Positions 11,430 to 20,214 of a stretch of 52,406 nucleotides of DNA are shown piece by piece. This stretch comes from a virus (lineage: Duplodnaviria > Caudoviricetes): IMG/VR virus record IMGVR_UViG_3300020042_009394, positions 1 to 52,406 of that record; one strand, 5' to 3'. Under the pieces are notes generated by a model. The model did not search any database, was not told the DNA's origin, and saw only the letters and a list, made by a program, of their open reading frames with translations. A program made the position numbers and the translations under genes. Each line of letters starts with the position of its first letter. Position 1 is the stretch's first letter.

Positions 11430-12631
11430 TTACCAAATTTTCCACCAAGGTTTCTTAATTTCAGGTAGGGATTTTGCTATTTTAAAAGGACGATTGAAAA
11501 ATAAATTAGCGTTACGTTTAATAATTAATCTTTCGTTTACGTCTAATTTACTTATGTCAATATTAATTTGAACATACGTTTCAACATCATATGCTGTAAA
11601 TGTTGTTGTAACAACACAATATTCTTTTCCTTTAATGTTGATTGTACGTATCATAGATATAAATATCTACAATTCAAAAACATTAACCACTATTCAGTCT
11701 CGTGGTTCATAAAATTTACAAACTGAAGAGCGGCATTTGGATTTACTTGTTGTAAATGATCTAAAGTTAATTCATACCTATTAAGCTGTACATGATTTAT
11801 AAAATTTTCATCACGTAAACTATCTACTGTTGATTGTAGTGTTTTTACTTCAACCTTAAATTGATTAATTCTTTCGTTCTGAAAGTAAATGGTTGTTAAT
11901 AGTGCTAACAGTGAACATGCTGTTAGTATTGGGTTTATATACTGTTTCATAATACATTGTCTTTATCTTCTTCATCGAATAAATCATATCCTTTATAATC
12001 AGGATGGTTTTCTTTCATAAAATCAATTCCTTTCACCCATCTCCAAGCTATCAAAGCGGATGCTAATACTATACTGATTATTGCTATTATCATTTTATTG
12101 TTGTTTATATAATTAATCCCACCATCTTTCAATATTTTCTTCTAAAATACTGAATAATAATTTTTTTGCTCTTAAATGATTTATATGACTCATATTAATA
12201 GCAATTCCATCCTTAGTATCTTTTGAGAATGGAGGATTATCCATTTTGTTTACCGCTACCCAAATACGAGGATATTTTACAAAATATTCATCAAAATTTT
12301 CAGATATTTCTTTTAAATCCAATTCATAACTACCAGGATGGGTTAGACTTGGAGTGGTAATAAATTCTACTTGATGGTAATCACTATGTTCATTTAAATA
12401 ATATTCTGATTGTATTTTGTCAATTAAACGAGTACATAACATCATTATCTCAGCATCACGTTTAGCACTGACGTGTCTGTCTTTAGTACCAATATATTTT
12501 GCTTGATTCTTTAATTTGAATTTAAGTATCTCCCAAATATAGTGATCATCCCAATCCTGGTCCTTCCATATAATAGGTAACCAACGATATAAATTGTATA
12601 TGCGTCTAAAGAATTGTTTTATCTTATACAT
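11430..12631 (-). CDS. Four hypothetical proteins, two with TM/signal segments (11430-11654, 11690-11950, 11947-~12093, 12113-12631)
   Basis: ORF track; hydrophobic N-termini in the two middle ORFs. Confidence 0.6.
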
Positions 12632-12651
12632 GACATAAATGTAAAGCAGAA

Positions 12652-12684
12652 ATTTGGCCCAACCAAATTAATGGTGGGCCAAAA
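12652..12684 (-). terminator. Hairpin/intrinsic terminator after the small lipoprotein gene
   Basis: TTTGGCCCA...TGGGCCAAA inverted repeat directly after the stop codon. Confidence 0.55.
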
Positions 12685-12688
12685 TAAC

Positions 12689-12847
12689 TTATTTAACAAC
12701 CTCAGTTGCAGTTGCAGTTGTATCTGCTTGAACTGCTGTTGAATCTGTTGATACTGCTGTAGAATCGGTTGTAACTTCAGTTGAAGTACCTTTACCACCA
12801 CATGCAGTCAAAGCTGCGATTGCGAAAATTGCGATTACTTTTTTCAT
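12689..12847 (-). CDS. Small Ser/Thr-rich lipoprotein (52 aa, not in ORF track)
   Basis: MKKVIAIFAIAALTA-CGGKGTSTEVTTDSTAVSTDSTAVQADTTATATEVVK; lipobox LTAC; own promoter motif and downstream hairpin. Confidence 0.85.
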   Translation of the reverse strand: MKKVIAIFAIAALTACGGKGTSTEVTTDSTAVSTDSTAVQADTTATATEVVK

Positions 12848-12915
12848 TGTGTGTTTGTTTGTTTAATAAATTTATTTGATGTAAACATACGATTGAGGTT
12901 TTGACCGAACTAATA

Positions 12916-14328
12916 TTATAGTTGAAGTCTTGAACCCACTAGAAAGAAACTTAATATTGGAGAGCCAGGTGTTGTTGATATACTGGCTTTGTAATCAATG
13001 TTAAATCCAAATCTTTTACTCAATCTAAGACTGTATCCTGTGCCCACCAAACTCATTACATTATAATTCCAAGTACTTCCTGATTTGCTGTTATACATGT
13101 ATGGAGATGCCATTAAGAACACTCCTGGAGATAAGGTTGATTTTTTGCTTATTTGATATGGTTTAGTCCAAAATGCTGTAGCTGAAGACATCATTGAATA
13201 TGAATAATTATTTTCAGCTAATTTCAGTTTAATATTAATAATGGATAAGTTATACCCATACGTTCCATATTTTGGATGAGGTACAACGTGTGTAAACCCA
13301 CCAAAAGTCATATGTGTACCTGCTACGTAAGCAACGGTATATGAATAGGCATCTATCGATTTGAGTGCTCCGTTTTTAAAATTCATCGTGCTTTTATTCG
13401 CAGATAAAGCGAATGACTTCAAATCCATCCAAATCATACTTGACACACCCCAACTAGACTCACCTGTAGTTGATGCTTGAGACATGCTTAATGACATAAC
13501 AGGTGTAAACCCACCAGAAGCATTTTGTGCTACTGTTAAATCAGAACCCAACATTATTGGATTCATTTTAACTTCTTTCTTTTCTTCCTTTTTATCCTCT
13601 TTTTTCTCTTCTTTGGATTCTTCTTTCTTTTCCTCTTTAGATTCAGATTTACTTTCTTCTTTTTTCTCTTCAGATTTAGACTCAGACTTAGATTCAGATT
13701 TACTTTCTGTTTTTGATTCGCTGCTTGAGCTGCTGCTTTCGCTTTTGCTTTCTCCAGATGAACTTGATGAAGAAGAAGACCCAGAAGATGAAGACGATTG
13801 GGAGGACGAGGAGGATGATGATGAAGATGATGATTGGGTAGATGTACCACTCGAGGAAGCTGCTCCTGAACTTGCTGTTGAGGCTCCTGAAGACGCGGCT
13901 CCTGAAGCTGCTCCACTTGCTGCACCAGAGGCCGCACCACTTGCTGCTCCTGAAGCTGCGTTTGATGCTGCTGAACTTGCTGCTGATGAAGCTGCTGAAC
14001 TTGCTGCTTGAGATGCTGCTTGTGATACTGTATTTTGTACTGTTTGTGTTACTACGGGTGCTGCTACGGGGCATGTTAATGAATTATAATAAGCATAAGT
14101 TGTTTGGAGCCATGTTTGTAATTCTCCACTTGCTACTTGTGCTGGTGTAAATGATTTTACCTGCCCATAAAATGATACTATTGAATTACCATTTATTATG
14201 GTTGTAGTAGCTACTTTAACTTGACCTGAGCATTTATCAATAAAGGTTTGAGTATAAACCTGCCCACTTGCTGTTTTAGCAAATAGGAAAAGGGTGATTA
14301 ATAGTAAACTTATTAACCATTTTTTCAT
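12916..14328 (-). CDS. Outer-membrane protein: signal peptide, small two-Cys domain, long Ala/Ser then Glu/Lys linker, C-terminal beta-barrel
   Basis: ASGA, poly-S, SESK and EEKK repeats, then alternating amphipathic strands ending GSRLQL. Confidence 0.65.
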   Translation of the reverse strand: MKKWLISLLLITLFLFAKTASGQVYTQTFIDKCSGQVKVATTTIINGNSIVSFYGQVKSFTPAQVASGELQTWLQTTYAYYNSLTCPVAAPVVTQTVQNTVSQAASQAASSAASSAASSAASNAASGAASGAASGAASGAASGAASSGASTASSGAASSSGTSTQSSSSSSSSSSSQSSSSSGSSSSSSSSGESKSESSSSSSESKTESKSESKSESKSEEKKEESKSESKEEKKEESKEEKKEDKKEEKKEVKMNPIMLGSDLTVAQNASGGFTPVMSLSMSQASTTGESSWGVSSMIWMDLKSFALSANKSTMNFKNGALKSIDAYSYTVAYVAGTHMTFGGFTHVVPHPKYGTYGYNLSIINIKLKLAENNYSYSMMSSATAFWTKPYQISKKSTLSPGVFLMASPYMYNSKSGSTWNYNVMSLVGTGYSLRLSKRFGFNIDYKASISTTPGSPILSFFLVGSRLQL

Positions 14329-15047
14329 TAGTTTGGAAATATACCTTTCTTAATCATTCTATCTAAAATCCTAGCACAAGCAATATCTAATGCCTTCTTA
14401 GTTGCAATAGAAATAGTTGACTGGTTGAATTTCATTTCATCCACAGTTGCGTCAGACAAGAATGTTAATTCTCTAGTTGTAGTTGCTTCACCTAAACCAG
14501 ATGCTGCAAACACAACTCCTGTTTCTGCGTTAGTGAATCGAACCTGTAAACCTAAACGAGTTACCATCATGTTCTTAACACCATCTTTTAGATTGATAGT
14601 TTCATCTTCCGATACTGAGTAATCATAACATTCAATTGTTACAAAATATTCTGCTAGGTTGATTTTACCTCTACCATCTAATTTATTTTCAGAAATGCCT
14701 GCTTGTGATGCTTGGAATTGCTTAACCATTCTGTTTTTAATTTCTGTTTTATCTTCAGTAAATTTAAAACGATTAAGGTTTTCTAAATATTCCATTGAAA
14801 TATTAGCCACACCTAAACCAACTCTTTTTTCTTTTAGTTCAGGATACATTTCATACATTTCATCAGATATACCTGCCTTTAAGATTTGAATAGGTATTTG
14901 TTTACCTTCATAATCCATAAAGCGAGAAATATCAACTGCCGTTTCGAATGATGCTTTATATTGTTCAGTTTTGGTTGAACCTATGTTTTGAGCCACAGCA
15001 ACATTGCTTAGTAAAAAGCAACTTAATAATATAAATAAATTTTTCAT
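14328..15047 (-). CDS. CsgG/HfaB-like protein
   Basis: Signal peptide; RVGLGVANISMEYLENLNRFKFTE, GKINLAEYFVT and LQVRFTNAETG segments resemble the CsgG/TolB-N fold. Confidence 0.65.
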   Translation of the reverse strand: MKNLFILLSCFLLSNVAVAQNIGSTKTEQYKASFETAVDISRFMDYEGKQIPIQILKAGISDEMYEMYPELKEKRVGLGVANISMEYLENLNRFKFTEDKTEIKNRMVKQFQASQAGISENKLDGRGKINLAEYFVTIECYDYSVSEDETINLKDGVKNMMVTRLGLQVRFTNAETGVVFAASGLGEATTTRELTFLSDATVDEMKFNQSTISIATKKALDIACARILDRMIKKGIFPN

Positions 15048-15062
15048 ACATGTATTAAATTT

Positions 15063-15087
15063 AAAAAAGGGAACCGAAGTTCCCTTT
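15063..15087 (-). terminator. Intrinsic terminator with C(UUCG)G loop
   Basis: Minus strand AAAGGGAAC-TTCG-GTTCCCTTTTTT. Confidence 0.85.
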
Positions 15088-15097
15088 AGTTTTGTTT

Positions 15098-15337
15098 TTA
15101 ATCTTCTTTCTTTTTATGAGAAAACTTATCAAATGTATCAGCACCCATCCCAATACCAGTAATAATCATTACTGCATTTACTAATTCAGCTGATGGAGCA
15201 AAATCTGCATGTGAAAATGAGTTTAACATCATTGTAGTACATAAGAACATAGCTCCTATGAATGCAATAACGGGTTTAACTGAAGTTGATCCTCTTTCGT
15301 CTTTGAATAAATCAATAATCCACTGTTTGAAATTCAT
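15098..15337 (-). CDS. Two-TM small membrane protein (holin-like)
   Basis: Two hydrophobic helices and a charged C-terminus. Confidence 0.55.
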   Translation of the reverse strand: MNFKQWIIDLFKDERGSTSVKPVIAFIGAMFLCTTMMLNSFSHADFAPSAELVNAVMIITGIGMGADTFDKFSHKKKED

Positions 15338-15355
15338 ATTTTTAATTTTTAATTG

Positions 15356-15964
15356 TTAGTGAGATTCGTCGTAAGCATCTTTTAATAAACCACATTTTTG
15401 ACACTCTAATTCACCGTCATTATCTGAGTCGCCCCAAACATGTTCACAGTATCTATGTGCTTTCATTTCATGCTCTAATTTTAATTTTTCCATTTCTTGC
15501 TCATGTTCTTGAGCATCTTTATCCATTGCTTGATCATGTTCTTGTTGATCAGAAGCTAATTCATGGTTTTGCTTGTTTTCAACTACAGCTAAATCTCTAG
15601 CTGCGGCGGCACCCGCTACAAATGCATCTGGGATTAATGGAGTGAATGGTTTGTTGCTTTCTTTAATGTCGTTAACACTACCTAATGTTGTGCCATCTTC
15701 CTCATCCATCTTCTGAACTAACATTTTGTCTTTATCAGTGTCACTGAACCAGTAATCAATAATCTTACCATAGCTACCAATAAATGCACCTAATAATAAC
15801 ATTAATAATTCTTTCCAGGCTGCTACTACTGGTGTTTGTGAACCAATAGCAATAAAAATACCTATAATGATTAATACAAACCCACCTAATACCATAGCTG
15901 TGATGTACCATCTTCTGGTCATCATTTTGCTTAATAATTCTTTAAATCCTGTATTTGACTGCAT
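15356..15964 (-). CDS. Two-TM membrane protein with coiled coil and C-terminal CxH...CxxC motif
   Basis: Two TM segments, DYWF, acidic helix, CEHVW...CQKCG. Confidence 0.6.
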   Translation of the reverse strand: MQSNTGFKELLSKMMTRRWYITAMVLGGFVLIIIGIFIAIGSQTPVVAAWKELLMLLLGAFIGSYGKIIDYWFSDTDKDKMLVQKMDEEDGTTLGSVNDIKESNKPFTPLIPDAFVAGAAAARDLAVVENKQNHELASDQQEHDQAMDKDAQEHEQEMEKLKLEHEMKAHRYCEHVWGDSDNDGELECQKCGLLKDAYDESH

Positions 15965-15983
15965 ATCTAATTTTGTTTATAAA

Positions 15984-16304
15984 TTACCACTTTGGTTCTG
16001 CTTCTTTAAACTCATCACCCTCTTTTTTCTTAACTGGAGCTGCTGGTTTAGCTGCTGCTGGTTTTTCCACTATTCTTTCTTTAATTATAGTAGTTCCACC
16101 TGCAGATTGTTGTTGTTGGTTTGAGTTAGTAATGTTAATTACTGGAGCTGCTTGTTGTACTGGAGCCGGCTCATCACCTCCACCTGTTAATTGAGTTACA
16201 CCCCAAGTCCCTAATCCCATGATTGCTGTTGTAGCAACACCAACAATAGTCTTTTTTAATCCAGACCAAGTACCGTCGTTATGTTGTTCTAATTCTTCTG
16301 ACAT
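15984..16304 (-). CDS. Single-TM protein with low-complexity tail
   Basis: One hydrophobic helix followed by Q/P/A-rich sequence. Confidence 0.6.
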   Translation of the reverse strand: MSEELEQHNDGTWSGLKKTIVGVATTAIMGLGTWGVTQLTGGGDEPAPVQQAAPVINITNSNQQQQSAGGTTIIKERIVEKPAAAKPAAPVKKKEGDEFKEAEPKW

Positions 16305-16316
16305 TTTATTTAAATT

Positions 16317-16685
16317 TTATAGTTTGTTGAAATCTGTTATTCCTAATTCAATACCTTTAGAATCGTATAATCCAATTCTATAAGCAGATGAAGGTAATGC
16401 TGATGTATATACTTTAAGTAAATTATCACCTGCTTTAACTACTACGGTTTCTTTTGATACGACTCTATTAGAGATATCAAAAATCTTAATTGTAACGGAT
16501 TGTGCTGTTTCTAATTTAACATTCATAGCAACTTCAGTTGTTACAAATGCTGATTCTAGTTTAAGTCCAACTGCATTTTGAATTTGCAATTCTTTTTTAA
16601 CTTCAAAAACAGGTTCAATTAAATCATCTTTATAACATCCTGATAATCCAACTGCTAGTAATGCTACTACAAGTAATTTTTTCAT
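16317..16685 (-). CDS. Lipoprotein with T9SS type-A C-terminal-sorting-domain-like Ig fold
   Basis: Lipobox LSGC; VTIKIFDISNRVV...GDN...TSALPSSAYRIGL resembles the Por secretion tail pattern. Confidence 0.6.
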   Translation of the reverse strand: MKKLLVVALLAVGLSGCYKDDLIEPVFEVKKELQIQNAVGLKLESAFVTTEVAMNVKLETAQSVTIKIFDISNRVVSKETVVVKAGDNLLKVYTSALPSSAYRIGLYDSKGIELGITDFNKL

Positions 16686-16687
16686 TT

Positions 16688-17038
16688 TTAATTAATTTTA
16701 ATGGTTGTTTTAGCTATTTGAGTTCTAGACCCATCTTCTAATACTAAGTATAAATATTGAGATTGTATTGAACTCGTGTAAATCTTTTTTATATTTTCGC
16801 CCGTTTTACCAGTGAATCGTTCTCTACTAATAACTTGGTCGCTTTCTTTATCAATTAAAGTTAGTGTGTACACCCCTGTTGATGGTAAATCAAAATGTAT
16901 AGATTGCCCATCAGTTACACTACTTTCAGTTACACTAAATATCTTTTGAATGGGGGGTGGTGTTGGTTCTATTTCCATTTTAGTACATGAGATTATAAAT
17001 CCCACACAACATAATATTATAAATTTAGTCCATTTCAT
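16688..17038 (-). CDS. Lipoprotein, probable paralog with CTD-like Ig fold
   Basis: Lipobox IISC; YTLTLID...VIS...GENIKKIYTSSI..YLYLVL aligns with the adjacent lipoprotein. Confidence 0.55.
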   Translation of the reverse strand: MKWTKFIILCCVGFIISCTKMEIEPTPPPIQKIFSVTESSVTDGQSIHFDLPSTGVYTLTLIDKESDQVISRERFTGKTGENIKKIYTSSIQSQYLYLVLEDGSRTQIAKTTIKIN

Positions 17039-17041
17039 ATA

Positions 17042-17935
17042 TTAGAATTGAAAGTTTGTTCCTACCATAAACATTATTGGGTTACTCTTTTTATACCCAA
17101 CCGATTCACTTAATTTATCCCAAGTTGTATTATATCTGATGTTAGTATTCAATACAAATCTTTTGGTTATCTTCCAATCAATAGATGTACCATAATATAA
17201 GTCCAAATTGAAATCATCTACATATGCTAAATCCGATTCAGTGCCATCTTTGAATACTTTGTAGATATCACTCATTGCGAATATTTGTGGTGAGATGTTT
17301 ACTATCTTTGTTTTAAATGTATATGTGTACATTGCCATACCTCTATAACTCAATTCACTTGATGATGGCATCATTGGATAAATTAAATCTTTAAAATCAC
17401 CATTTTCATCTACCGTATATTTCCCTTCCCATTGACCTTCGTATGTTCCCCAAAATGATTTTGATGCAATTACACTATAACCAAATGTTCCAAACTTTTT
17501 AGTTCTAAATACATCTATAAATGATAATGTAATATCTTTTTGAAAATCAAAATCGGTTGAATAGAAGGATTGTATTGTGGTTGTTCTTGTATTTGTGTTT
17601 CTAGTAAAACCATATCCTACACCATAATAGTTCCATATAGGGTTTATTGAAGCCGCGAATGAATGCCCCCACTGCCCATTCATAGATGATTTACTATATC
17701 CTAAATTAAGTGTAGTTGATATTTGTTTTCCAATTATACCAACTGAAAGGTTTGATGATGATAGAACATCTTTTGAAAAATTAACATAGGATTGTAGTAT
17801 ACCAACATCGTTCCAATCATCACTTTCTCCAAATAATTCTTTTGCTGATAATTGTAATGTATCAGGTTTTATGATTTGTGCGTTTGATACAAATCCTATT
17901 AAAACTAACGATATGAATAATATCAATTTTTTCAT
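17042..17935 (-). CDS. Outer-membrane beta-barrel protein
   Basis: Signal peptide, amphipathic strands, terminal beta-signal-like GTNFQF. Confidence 0.7.
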   Translation of the reverse strand: MKKLILFISLVLIGFVSNAQIIKPDTLQLSAKELFGESDDWNDVGILQSYVNFSKDVLSSSNLSVGIIGKQISTTLNLGYSKSSMNGQWGHSFAASINPIWNYYGVGYGFTRNTNTRTTTIQSFYSTDFDFQKDITLSFIDVFRTKKFGTFGYSVIASKSFWGTYEGQWEGKYTVDENGDFKDLIYPMMPSSSELSYRGMAMYTYTFKTKIVNISPQIFAMSDIYKVFKDGTESDLAYVDDFNLDLYYGTSIDWKITKRFVLNTNIRYNTTWDKLSESVGYKKSNPIMFMVGTNFQF

Positions 17936-20214
17936 TACTTTAGTTTTATTTTTAATTGTTTACCAGCTTTATTAACAGCATCCGTTGTTGATATTGATGT
18001 TAACCCTAATATATCTGATATGTTATTAATCGGAGTAAATATAACTCGATATTCAGTTGTTTTATCTAGTACATCTCCACTTGTTATTAAGGATCCTACA
18101 TTAATTGAATTACCTTTATCAACTCCAAAGTTAGTAGGATTGCCTTTTGTTATAAATTCGACTTTATCAAATTTTAATCTAGTATTATCATAATTTAGTT
18201 GAAATTGTGTACCTACTAATTCTTGTTGTAATGGGTCTACTGATAATGTAATTATAACTTTATTATTTATAATTTCACCTATAGTTGATACATTTATTTC
18301 ATTTATAATAGCATTACTCATTAAACTCATACTTCTAATTGAATTGCCACTAATATTAGTAACGCTTTGTTGGGCCGAGTGGGATTGATTTACATCACCC
18401 AACCAAGTTACATTTATATTGTATGTATTATTCAAACCACTTAAAGTAAATGGAATTAAATTACGTGTTGAATTGAATTGAGTTCCCCAATTGCTTGTTG
18501 TTATAGCATCATAATCTGATTTATTATATAGCTTTATTAGGTTTGTTAGAGTAGCATTTTGGGTAAGTGATTGAGTACCTGTCAAATGTTGTAATAATTT
18601 GTATGTATCATTTTCATTGAATATACCATTACCATCAACATCAGCATTCAAATATTGAATACCATTTGTTAAACCTAATCCACTTTGATTACCAAAAATC
18701 CCCCCATCTGCTAATTCTTTAAATGCTAAATAAACATCTGATACGCCTACAATATTACTATATAGTGTATTTAACTCAGTTTGGTTAGTATAAGATAATT
18801 CCATCCCATGTTGTTTATAGGACATTACTGGTGAGAAACTAAATTCTGCTCTCGTTCCATACCAACCATCTTGTAATCTTAATTGAGCTTGAAATGTAGA
18901 TGAAGTTATTTTAGTTGATAAATTACCAGGCATTATATAGGTTTTCCAAAAACCACTTACACTGTGAACACTAACTGGTCCATCGTATATATCAAATAAT
19001 TTAATTGATGTTATATCATTTGGAGATATTCCTGTTCCACTAAATTCTCTTTCATCTACTAACAATTGATGCCCACCTAAAGTTTCATTATATGGGTTTA
19101 TGATTGCCCACTCAACTTGTCCTGCTGATGTGGTTGCTCTAACTCCATTTGATGTTTTAACTGTATCTAATAAGGTAGTTAAATCAACTTTACCTAAACC
19201 ACTTAATTGTCTAGCAGTTCCACTTACTACATTCCAATTGTTGTTTGTGTATGTATATCCTTTTGCTGAGAATTTAGTTTCATCTATATTAGTTCCAAAA
19301 TCAATATTAAATCTTGCAGATAAAACTTCACCATTTATGTGTGTTACACTATTAGTATAGAATTCAGTAAATGTTGCATCATCAGGATTAGACCAAGTAC
19401 CATATTCAATTACATATGGATTACTAAAGTGGTTAGGTAAATCATTCCATTGTGAACCACCACCCCATTTAGTTACTGCATAATCTTCATTACCACTATT
19501 GTTTGGTTCACCACCTGCCCAATTATTATATTGACCAGGAATGTTTCCGTTTGTTTGTCCGTTATTTATTTTAATTAGAGTTCCCTTTTCAGGTCCTGCA
19601 TCAATTGTCCATCTAGCTTCCTCTACTTCATCAGTTAATGCAAACCAAATATTACCTTGTGGAACATTAGCAAATATAAAAGCATCTTCATCTGCAGAAG
19701 TTATTGTTACCAAATATCCCGTTTGTCCTTTGAATGTTGTTAATAGAGATGCTGCTCTAGCTGCTGTATAAGTTGCCGTTGTTGTTATTGGTCTATAAAA
19801 GTGTCCGTTTACACCATTGTAATAGTATCCCGCTGGATTTATAGTTGCCGCTACGGATAATGCAACATTACCTTTTGTTGAACCTGTATTTATTTTTAAC
19901 GATGCTAATGCTGTATTAATATTATTCATTGTACCCGTTACAACTAAACGAGTTTTATTACCACTTAAAGTAAATCCACTTGCTGCAGTTAAACCTGTTG
20001 TTGTATTTAATACAAATGTTGTACCTGATGGAGGATTAACTAAACTAATTGATGCTAATAGAGTTGCAGTGGAATTAAATCCACTTAATACAAATCCACT
20101 AGCATCTTGTCCAGTTGTAGATTGTGTAAAAGATTTAGAGTCCGGAGCAGATACACTCTGTCCGAACCCTAAAAATGATATAAATAAAAATAATGTAACT
20201 AATAGATACTTCAT
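17935..20214 (-). CDS. Secreted multidomain protein: Ig-like, C-type lectin, dockerin-like, cohesin-like
   Basis: NGHFY..GYLVTITS..NWAGGEPNN..WND (C-type lectin); NADVDGNGIFNENDTYKLL (dockerin Ca loop); LVGTQFQLNYDNTRLKF (cohesin-like). Confidence 0.75.
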   Translation of the reverse strand: MKYLLVTLFLFISFLGFGQSVSAPDSKSFTQSTTGQDASGFVLSGFNSTATLLASISLVNPPSGTTFVLNTTTGLTAASGFTLSGNKTRLVVTGTMNNINTALASLKINTGSTKGNVALSVAATINPAGYYYNGVNGHFYRPITTTATYTAARAASLLTTFKGQTGYLVTITSADEDAFIFANVPQGNIWFALTDEVEEARWTIDAGPEKGTLIKINNGQTNGNIPGQYNNWAGGEPNNSGNEDYAVTKWGGGSQWNDLPNHFSNPYVIEYGTWSNPDDATFTEFYTNSVTHINGEVLSARFNIDFGTNIDETKFSAKGYTYTNNNWNVVSGTARQLSGLGKVDLTTLLDTVKTSNGVRATTSAGQVEWAIINPYNETLGGHQLLVDEREFSGTGISPNDITSIKLFDIYDGPVSVHSVSGFWKTYIMPGNLSTKITSSTFQAQLRLQDGWYGTRAEFSFSPVMSYKQHGMELSYTNQTELNTLYSNIVGVSDVYLAFKELADGGIFGNQSGLGLTNGIQYLNADVDGNGIFNENDTYKLLQHLTGTQSLTQNATLTNLIKLYNKSDYDAITTSNWGTQFNSTRNLIPFTLSGLNNTYNINVTWLGDVNQSHSAQQSVTNISGNSIRSMSLMSNAIINEINVSTIGEIINNKVIITLSVDPLQQELVGTQFQLNYDNTRLKFDKVEFITKGNPTNFGVDKGNSINVGSLITSGDVLDKTTEYRVIFTPINNISDILGLTSISTTDAVNKAGKQLKIKLK

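Noticed and set aside
12619-12801. 60-aa Gln/Leu-rich ORF in the track
   Set aside because: Wrong frame; the 12689-12847 lipoprotein frame has a lipobox, promoter motif and hairpin.
13484-14150. Alternative-frame and antisense ORFs (13484-14011 +, 13563-13940 -, 13700-14074 -, 13842-14150 +)
   Set aside because: Shadows of the low-complexity linker of the 470-aa gene.
17935-20214. C-type lectin as a diversity-generating retroelement target
   Set aside because: No reverse transcriptase or template/variable repeat pair seen; the domain is internal and of the classical EPN/WND type.
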